DNA from: an uncultured Candidatus Saccharibacteria bacterium
GTDB taxonomy: Bacteria > Patescibacteriota > Minisyncoccia > UBA10092
Direction of reading: 5' to 3'
DNA: 46,456 nt
Assembly (NCBI GenBank): GCA_964495505.1
Contig: CAZBVM010000002.1
Location: forward strand, 1-46,456
Position 1 is the stretch's first letter; each line of letters starts with the position of its first letter. The notes under the pieces are model-generated. The model did no database searches and had not been told where the DNA came from. It saw only the letters and a list, made by a program, of their open reading frames with translations. Position numbers and translations under genes: made by a program. Positions 37,059-44,264 of this stretch are shown piece after piece.

Positions 37059-38182
37059 TTTAGTTCTAAAAATAAATTAGCGAATTTTTTAATGCCATCA
37101 TTCCACTCATAATTTTTATTGACGTGTTCACGGCCGGCTTTGCCAAATTTTTCTCTTAATTCTTTATTTTCCATTAATTCTTTAATTTTTTCTGCCAGTA
37201 CTTCCGGATTATGTGGTTCAACTAAAAATCCGTTCTCGCCGTTTTTGACTAAATCCGGAATACCGCCGACACGCGTTGCTACCACCGGCTTTTCCATAGC
37301 CATCGCCTCCATAATAGAACGACCGAATCCCTCATGCCAACTCGGATAAACAAAAATATCAATTTCTGACAGCGCTTCCGGCACTTTGCCATACGGCACA
37401 AACCCCCGCCATTCTATTCTATCGCCAATATTCAATTCTTCAGCTAATTTTTTCAATTTCATTTCCAGTGGCCCAGTTCCAAAAATTAAACAATTAAACT
37501 TTAAACTCCGTGATTTTAAAATCGCAATTGCCTTAAACAAATCTTCCAATCCTTTTCCATCTACCAATCTTCCAATATAACCCAAACTTATCCCCACCTT
37601 ATCCCCAAAACTATTGATGTCGGACATCAATAATGGGTTAAAGAGAGAAAGATCGACGCGAAGAGAGACAAGGCGGATTTTTGATTCGGAGACATCCTGC
37701 TCCCGAACTTGATTGAATATTGTATGGCTTATAACGCGGATTTTTGCCGCGCGCTTCATTGCGAAGCGGCCGATCCATTTAAGCGGCCGGCTTTTCAGAT
37801 TTTTCTTATTTCCGGGTTTTCTGAAAATCTCTCCCTGGACTTCAATGACTGTCGGTTTTCCGGTAAGAAATTTCAATAAAGTAACGGCAATGCCACCGCC
37901 GGCGACTTCAGAAGCATCAAAAACATCAATGCCGTATTTTAATTTCAAATAAAATCCAAGCTTTACTGCGCCGGCAATAAATCCGAGATAACCCAAAAAA
38001 TTAGGAATAAGATAAACGCGAATATTATTTTCTTTGACACGATGGAAAAATAAATCCGGCGACTGCGCGATTACGAAAAGATTATAAAAATAAGCGGCCA
38101 TTGAGCGCCAAGTTTTCATATCCTGCTCATTTGAAAAAACATCTTTCGGATATTTATGTTTTCCTATAAAACAAACGTTCAT
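37055..38182 (-). CDS. GT4-family glycosyltransferase
   Basis: EGFGRSIMEAMAMEKPVVAT and LGYIGRLVDGKG. Confidence 0.85.
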   Translation of the reverse strand: MNVCFIGKHKYPKDVFSNEQDMKTWRSMAAYFYNLFVIAQSPDLFFHRVKENNIRVYLIPNFLGYLGFIAGAVKLGFYLKLKYGIDVFDASEVAGGGIAVTLLKFLTGKPTVIEVQGEIFRKPGNKKNLKSRPLKWIGRFAMKRAAKIRVISHTIFNQVREQDVSESKIRLVSLRVDLSLFNPLLMSDINSFGDKVGISLGYIGRLVDGKGLEDLFKAIAILKSRSLKFNCLIFGTGPLEMKLKKLAEELNIGDRIEWRGFVPYGKVPEALSEIDIFVYPSWHEGFGRSIMEAMAMEKPVVATRVGGIPDLVKNGENGFLVEPHNPEVLAEKIKELMENKELREKFGKAGREHVNKNYEWNDGIKKFANLFLELK

Positions 38183-38871
38183 TTGCGTTCAAATAAATAG
38201 TAAACGTTAATACCAAGCGGTAAAAATTTTTGGAAAGGCCGCCAGATAAAATCGCAGAATTTCCACATCGGAAGAGACAAAATTTGTATTTTTTTTGGAA
38301 CCCATGAAACCATTCCAAAACTTGCCGACTCCAAAAGCTTAAAATCCGCCTTGAAAAGCTTTTTAATGACACCTGGTCTTAAAGCAACGCGCTTCATTTT
38401 AAAAATACTGCGAACCAAATTAAGGTCATTATAAATATTGGGGAAAACCACCATTACTTTACTGCCTTTTCGGGTAATTTCTTTAATTTTTTTGAATAAT
38501 TTTTCAGGATTTATATATTCCCAGACGCCGATGGTTATAACTAAATCGATCGCCGGAAAATTGAAATCGAATCCGGTGGAATTAATAATTTCCGCTTGCG
38601 AAAAATTTTTAAGTTTTTCGCGACAAACTTTAAGCATTGGTTTAGAAACGTCAATGGCATAAATTTTTTCAGCATTCTTTGCCGCTAAAGCGTATTCTCC
38701 GGTGCCGCAGCCCCAATCAATAACAATTCTGCCGCTACTTAATTTTCTTATTTTATTTTTTAAAAATGGCTGCCAAAGTCCCAAAACATATTTTTCCAAA
38801 ACAGATGATTCGGCGCGCCGGTCGTAAGCTTTAGCGTCGGTATAGCTTGAATTTTTATCTTGATAAGCCAT
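38179..38871 (-). CDS. Class I SAM-dependent methyltransferase
   Basis: Motif I is VIDWGCGTGEYALAA. Confidence 0.8.
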   Translation of the reverse strand: MAYQDKNSSYTDAKAYDRRAESSVLEKYVLGLWQPFLKNKIRKLSSGRIVIDWGCGTGEYALAAKNAEKIYAIDVSKPMLKVCREKLKNFSQAEIINSTGFDFNFPAIDLVITIGVWEYINPEKLFKKIKEITRKGSKVMVVFPNIYNDLNLVRSIFKMKRVALRPGVIKKLFKADFKLLESASFGMVSWVPKKIQILSLPMWKFCDFIWRPFQKFLPLGINVYYLFERK

Positions 38872-39613
38872 GTTTTAATTTAAAAGTAATCCGCCAAAAA
38901 AATTTAAACACTTGATTAGGAAAAAGGGTTAGGAATTTTATGATAATATTTTGCCGACCGTACCATGTTATAAGTTCTGAAAAATCTCCGATTATTTTCC
39001 GATTTTTATTGATGAATTCTTCCAGTTCGTTAAGGTCCGACTGTTCCTCGGTGTTGATGTGAATCAGGATGGTTATTTGACCAATCCAAATTTTCTTTGG
39101 CCACCACAAAACCTGGGGTAGCCAAACTAGGCCCCATTTTTTGAACGGATATAGCGCAATACCGTCGCTTAGACACAAAAAATCGTTCTCTTTAAGCGCC
39201 CTAATCGTGTTTTTATCAAAAGAATGGCCAGGCGCTACAAAAATTTTTGGTGCCAACGATAAACGATCTTTTATTATGCCTGCTCCATTAGCAATCATGG
39301 CTTTTTGAGTTTTTAAATCTAATCCTGCAAATTCACCTTTTTTATTGATTTTTAAAACGCCGCCGCTTCCGGTTTTATAAAGATGCTCAAAACCATGCTG
39401 GGCGATTACCCATCCATTTTGGTTTAATTCTTTAATAATCCGCCAAAAATCGGAATTAGCGGGATATTTTAAAAGTTCCGGATCTTTATTGTCGGGAATA
39501 ACGGCTAAAAGAGGTTTTATATCATACCTCCTTAAAATCGAGGTGATAAAATTGAATTTATCCCAATCCATATTGGGCGCGATATCGTCTAATCTAAAAA
39601 AAATTCTTGCCAT
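38855..39613 (-). CDS. DUF2334 / polysaccharide-deacetylase-like protein
   Basis: MARIFFRLDDIAPNMDW...LLAVIP...HGFEH resembles DUF2334-type predicted deacetylases, from memory only. Confidence 0.45.
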   Translation of the reverse strand: MARIFFRLDDIAPNMDWDKFNFITSILRRYDIKPLLAVIPDNKDPELLKYPANSDFWRIIKELNQNGWVIAQHGFEHLYKTGSGGVLKINKKGEFAGLDLKTQKAMIANGAGIIKDRLSLAPKIFVAPGHSFDKNTIRALKENDFLCLSDGIALYPFKKWGLVWLPQVLWWPKKIWIGQITILIHINTEEQSDLNELEEFINKNRKIIGDFSELITWYGRQNIIIKFLTLFPNQVFKFFWRITFKLKHGLSR

Positions 39614-40576
39614 TTATTTAATTAATTTATTATACAAATCAATCCACTTCGGCAAAATTACCTCCCGGCTGAATTTATCTTTTATTTTATCTCGCGCGGC
39701 TCGGCCAATTTCTTTTCTTAAATTAAAATCACCCATTAGCTTTAACAAAATATTTTGGTAATTCTGATGGTTCTCGGCTATAAATCCATCTTTATTATTA
39801 TCTATTAATTCTCTAACTGCCCCAACCTGATTGGTCACAACCGGAAGTCCCGAAGTCATAGCTTCCATAACCGCAATTGGCATATTATCTTCGTAAGAAA
39901 AATAAGCAAAAATGTCCGAGTCAGAAAAATATTTTTTCGGAATGTCATAACCAAACCATTGGACAGTAAGATTTTCGGGACGTTCTAAATTAGAAACAGA
40001 TTTTTTAATGTCTTCCAAAAGCGGCCCGTAACCGACAATCCGCCAGTTAATACGCTTGTTAAAGTCCTTGGCCAGATTGAAAATCATCTGCGCCAGCTCA
40101 AACAAGCCGCGGGCTTTGCCCAGATACCAAAATTTGGTGACGGTAAGAATATTAAAAAAATCTCTATCGGCCAAATCCGACTCGAAAAATTTTGAAAAAT
40201 CAACCGAATTGGGAATAACAACGGCTCTCTTGAAACCGAGTGATTTCTTTAAAAACTCCGAAGGCGTAGTCACGGCCGAAGCGCGATAATAGCCGAGCCA
40301 ATAAAAAAACTTCCAGAGCCGATTTTTCGGCCGACCGTGAATGGTTAAAATAAGCGGCCGCAGAAAAACCGACCAGGCCAACGGATTCGTTGTATGAGTA
40401 AGTTTCACGCCGAATCTAAAAGAATTTAAAAATTTGTCTTTGACGCTGAAAATATGTTCTGCCCGGAATTTTCCGCTCGCGTTAATCCCGTCGGCCAAAT
40501 CCCGCCCCCATTGCCATGGCCCACCCATTACCCGAGGCGTCATTACCGAAATTAATTTTTTTCCGAATTCTTCCAT
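39614..40576 (-). CDS. GT4-like glycosyltransferase (short N-domain)
   Basis: DNMPIAVMEAMTSGLPVVTN. Confidence 0.7.
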   Translation of the reverse strand: MEEFGKKLISVMTPRVMGGPWQWGRDLADGINASGKFRAEHIFSVKDKFLNSFRFGVKLTHTTNPLAWSVFLRPLILTIHGRPKNRLWKFFYWLGYYRASAVTTPSEFLKKSLGFKRAVVIPNSVDFSKFFESDLADRDFFNILTVTKFWYLGKARGLFELAQMIFNLAKDFNKRINWRIVGYGPLLEDIKKSVSNLERPENLTVQWFGYDIPKKYFSDSDIFAYFSYEDNMPIAVMEAMTSGLPVVTNQVGAVRELIDNNKDGFIAENHQNYQNILLKLMGDFNLRKEIGRAARDKIKDKFSREVILPKWIDLYNKLIK

Positions 40577-40592
40577 TTAGAATATATTATAT

Positions 40593-40600
40593 TGTATAAT
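40593..40600 (+). promoter_or_regulatory. Extended -10 element (TGTATAAT) in the divergent intergenic region
   Basis: TGnTATAAT match about 60 nt upstream of the ATG at 40660. No good -35. Confidence 0.3.
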
Positions 40601-40659
40601 AAAATTGCTGTTGCGTCAATTTGATATTTTGGCCTTATTGAGCCAAATATTTCATAAAA

Positions 40660-41826
40660 ATGGCTAAAAAAATATTATTTTTAATAACCAAATCCGAAAT
40701 GGGCGGCGCTCAGCGCTTTCTATTTGAACTTGTAACGCATTTAGACGCTAAAAAGTACGATATTATAGTTGCTGCCGGTGGTCCGCCGGCTGGCGGAGAA
40801 CTATTTGAAAAACTGGCCCAAAAGAGCGTAAAAACGGTTAAAATTAGGAACTTTTCAAATAGTTTCGGTATAAAAAATATTTTCGCTTTCGCGGAAATCT
40901 TTGGGTTGATAAGAAAATTCAAACCCGACGTTCTTTATCTTTTAAGCTCGGAAGCCGGCTTTTCTGGTTCTATTGCCGGAAATATTTACCGTTTCCTTTT
41001 TTGGCGTACCAATCCAAAAATAATCTATCGAATAGGCGGTTGGGCCTTTAAAGAGCCAAGAAATATTTTCATAAAAAAAATATATTTGTGGGCCGAAAAA
41101 ATATCGGCGCGATTTAAAGATACAATCGTTACTAATTCTGAATTTGACAGGCATTTAGGAATAAAAAATAACATCGTCAAATCGGAAAAAATAATGACTA
41201 TTTATAACGGCATGAATTTAAATGAAATAAAGTTTCTTCCCAAAGAAGAGGCTAAAAAATTCATCATATCAAAACTACTAAATACTAACTATCAGCTACC
41301 AACTACTATTCTGATTGGCACCATTGCCAATCTTTACAAAAACTAAGGGTTGGATTTTTTAATTCTTGCGGCCGCAAGAAATAAGGTAATAGAAAAAAAT
41401 TGTAATTTTATAATTATCGGAGAGGGTCCCGAGAGAAAAAAACTGGAAAATCTTATAAAAAAACATGAGCTCGAAAATAATGTTATTTTAATCGGCGCCA
41501 TTCCCGACGTGCGCCGATACTTAAAGGCCTTTGACTTATTCGTTTTGCCGTCGGTAAAAGAAGGCCAACCCTGGGCAATTTTAGAAGCTATGGCCGCTGA
41601 GGTGCCGATTGTTGCAACAAATATCGCCGGCATTCCGGAAACGGTAGAAAATGAAAAATCCGGCCTTTTGGTTGAACCAGCGGATTTTGACGCGCTATCC
41701 AAAGCAATAGAAAAAATGTTAATTCATCCCTCTCTTGCCAAAAAATGCTCTGAAAAAGCGCTAATCGCAGTTAAAGAAAAATTCAATATCGCCGAAATGA
41801 TTAAAAAAAATGAAGAGTTATTTTAA
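40660..41826 (+). pseudogene. GT4 glycosyltransferase interrupted by a single in-frame TAA (41344-41346)
   Basis: ORFs 40660-41346 and 41350-41826 are in the same frame. The junction reads IGTIANLYKN*GLDFLILAAAR, where GT4 enzymes normally have ...K-G-hD-hLI. The C-terminal half carries EGQPWAILEAMAAEVPIVAT. Confidence 0.7.
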
Positions 41827-41862
41827 TTTATACTATCCAAACGATCGTTTTTATAGTATAAA
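41827..41862. terminator. Candidate bidirectional terminator hairpin between convergent genes
   Basis: TTTATACTAT (41827-41836) pairs with ATAGTATAAA (41853-41862). There is an inner palindrome AAACGATCGTTT. The stem is AT-rich. Confidence 0.4.
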
Positions 41863-41877
41863 TTTAAACTTTTTAAA

Positions 41878-44073
41878 TCATAGACCTAGATTTTTTATAA
41901 AATTTTCTTCGGCTTTGCTTTGCGGGTTATAATCCAGCTCTAAGGCCTTTTTGATTTCACTGGCCCCCTTATTTTTCTGATTATCAGCGATATACGCCAA
42001 TCCTAAATACCAATGGCTTAAACCGATAGACGGCTCGGCATTAACCGCTTGAGTCATATAAGATACGGCTGATTTGGTGTCGCTTAAAAGCAAAGAATTT
42101 TTAGTTAAATAGAATAACGTCTCTTGCCGATTTGGACTTAATTCCAGAGATTTTTTGCCATAGGCCTCGGCTTGGGCCAATATTGCCTGGTCTCTCCCCC
42201 TTTCGCCTAGAATCATATATATCCGCGCCATGTCCGTGTAGGAGGCGGCGTTTTTTGGATGGGCAGTAAGAGCTTTATCGGCCGCTTCAAGCGCAAAATT
42301 AATTATCTCTTCTGGATTCGGCAATTGAACATTTTTCTGTAAAGCGCCGGCAACGGAAGCGATTAAATCAAATTGGTATTCCGCTTTATACGGCGTAAAA
42401 TGATTTAATGATTTTTTAAACAGAGTAACTCCCTGCACCGTATCTTTTGGAAAAGTCCGCAAAGCGTCGGCGTCGGCTAAATTAGCGCGCCAGATTGAGT
42501 AATTTACATATAATAATACGAATGTGATTAAAACTATTGCTAATGATGCCAATTGCGAATAAACAGTATTAGCAATTCGCGGTATTCGCATGTTTCCAAT
42601 ATTGAAATCCGACTTCAAAAATCCCCGAAGTCGGACTTCAATATTGTGCGAAGCGATAAACGCTAAAAACAAAAACAACCCAAACAAGGAACCGAAACTA
42701 TCAAAAGAGAAAAAAACCGCTCCAAAATAAGCAACGAAAGCGCCTGTTAATACAAGCGATAAAACTTTTGCTTCCATAATTGGAATTATGGAAGTGTTTG
42801 TTTTGATATTTTTAAAAAGTTTAAATAAATAAAACGCAACGGAAAGCCAAATTAAAATATAAGCCAAGCTGCCGACAATGCCCGTTTCGGTCAAAATTTC
42901 TAAGAAGGCATTATGCGGCTTGTCAAACCAGGTCTCGCCAAATCCTCCGCCGCCGAATTTTAAAAATCTTGGGTCGTAATATTTGTTGAAAATATAATTA
43001 AAGTTTTCCGGACCAACGCCTAAAACCGTCCACCAACCGGCGGATTGAAAACCCTTAAGCGATATCTGCCATGCCAAAAGACGCGTTTTGACAGTGTAAT
43101 TGGAAAAAGAAATTTCAGTAAACTTTCTTAATACGCCGTTCCTTAAAAAATCGGCGCTGCGAAACTGCCAGAAACCGGCTGCGGCAATTAAGATTGCCAG
43201 AAAACATGCGGATAATATAATTCTTGTCCGTTTAGTAAATATGTTGGTTAAAATTAAAACCAGTAACAAAAATAAAATGCCTATAAAAAAACCTAAAATC
43301 GCGCCTCGAACCTGCCCTAAAAGAATAACAAAAAGGATAAAAATAGAGCTTGCGCCAAAAAACCAACGCCTGAAGTCCGAATTTGGCATTTGAAGTCCGA
43401 CTTCTGGGGATCTCGAAGTCGGACTTCGGGAAAAGTCGGACTTCGGAAGTATAAATTGATAAAGTCCCCAGAAAAAATGAAAAATTAAGTACGGTGCGAC
43501 AAATGTCGGATTATTAAAAATAGTGGAGCCAAACGATAACCCCCACGCGGAATTTTGATAAAAAGCAGTCGCGGCAACAACAAGAGCGACAAAAAAAGAA
43601 AAATTTAGATAATTATGCCAGTTTAATAATTTATTGCCAATGTCGCTCATCGCTAATCCCTTTGATTTATTGGTAATTTGCATCATTCGCAACTGTTTAT
43701 CTCTATTCGCATAATTAAGTGAGCTGGCAAGCACTAAAAACCAAGCGAAAAAATGGAGCTCGGCGAATAATCCTGTCATTCTCGGTCCGATTCCCCAGAA
43801 ACTTCTTGAAAAATCAATTCCTAAAAGCGCGGAAATAAAAGAAATAGCGGTAAATAACACCAACGCCACTACAAGCCAATTTCTAAAATTAGGTTTTAGA
43901 AATTTCAATATCAACCAGGCGGCGAAAACAATCTCAACCAACACCTGAAATAAAATAAATTTCGGCGTTGAAAACGGAAAAAGCGCCTTTGGCCAGAAAG
44001 CCAACGGTGTCAGCAAAACAGCGTAAAGCCCATATTTTACAATTTTAGATAAATATAATTCGGTTTTAGACAT
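41878..44073 (-). CDS. O-antigen ligase/polymerase-like (Wzy_C) membrane protein with C-terminal TPR repeats
   Basis: KPHNAFLEILTETGIVGSLAYILIW is a Wzy_C motif. The C-terminal ~200 aa is TPR-like (AASYTDMARIYMILGE..., LGLAYIADNQKNKGASEIKKALELD). Confidence 0.85.
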   Translation of the reverse strand: MSKTELYLSKIVKYGLYAVLLTPLAFWPKALFPFSTPKFILFQVLVEIVFAAWLILKFLKPNFRNWLVVALVLFTAISFISALLGIDFSRSFWGIGPRMTGLFAELHFFAWFLVLASSLNYANRDKQLRMMQITNKSKGLAMSDIGNKLLNWHNYLNFSFFVALVVAATAFYQNSAWGLSFGSTIFNNPTFVAPYLIFHFFWGLYQFILPKSDFSRSPTSRSPEVGLQMPNSDFRRWFFGASSIFILFVILLGQVRGAILGFFIGILFLLLVLILTNIFTKRTRIILSACFLAILIAAAGFWQFRSADFLRNGVLRKFTEISFSNYTVKTRLLAWQISLKGFQSAGWWTVLGVGPENFNYIFNKYYDPRFLKFGGGGFGETWFDKPHNAFLEILTETGIVGSLAYILIWLSVAFYLFKLFKNIKTNTSIIPIMEAKVLSLVLTGAFVAYFGAVFFSFDSFGSLFGLFLFLAFIASHNIEVRLRGFLKSDFNIGNMRIPRIANTVYSQLASLAIVLITFVLLYVNYSIWRANLADADALRTFPKDTVQGVTLFKKSLNHFTPYKAEYQFDLIASVAGALQKNVQLPNPEEIINFALEAADKALTAHPKNAASYTDMARIYMILGERGRDQAILAQAEAYGKKSLELSPNRQETLFYLTKNSLLLSDTKSAVSYMTQAVNAEPSIGLSHWYLGLAYIADNQKNKGASEIKKALELDYNPQSKAEENFIKNLGL
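42604..42639. repeat. Hairpin element: GAAATCCGACTTC - AAAAATCCCC - GAAGTCGGACTTC
   Basis: Read directly, with 12/13 stem pairs. Translated as IEVRLRGFLKSDFNI. Confidence 0.85.
43372..43444. repeat. Cluster of four copies or part-copies of the 13-nt palindrome GAAGTCSGACTTC
   Basis: A part-copy GAAGTCCGAATTT lies at 43372-43384. GAAGTCCGACTTC (43392-43404), TGGGGATCTC, GAAGTCGGACTTC (43415-43427) form a perfect 13-bp stem. AAGTCGGACTTC follows at 43433-43444. Together they encode KSDFSRSPTSRSPEVGLQMPNSDF. Confidence 0.85.
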
Positions 44074-44192
44074 GGGTTAATGGATTGAATAATAGCATAT
44101 GAGCATCGGAATTCCTATAAATTATGAAAATGTATGTTTCCAAGCGATCGCTGGTAAACTGACATTTTAAAATTTAAAATAAATTTCAGGCA

Positions 44193-44225
44193 AACCAAAA
44201 ACCCCGCAAAGCGGGGTTTTTGGTT
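44193..44225 (-). terminator. Rho-independent-type terminator hairpin downstream of the surface-protein gene
   Basis: AACCAAAAACCCCGC-AAA-GCGGGGTTTTTGGTT is a perfect 15-bp stem, about 40 nt after the stop at 44265. The U/A runs lie within the stem. Confidence 0.6.
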
Positions 44226-44264
44226 ATCCGAATCTCCTATCACAAGTAGGAAATCCGAGAAATA

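Noticed and set aside
41344-41346. Genome-wide reassignment of TAA (alternative genetic code) to explain the in-frame stop
   Set aside because: TAA clearly terminates other well-defined genes in the window, such as 160-870 and 14840-15931. TGA and TAG also act as stops at sensible protein ends.
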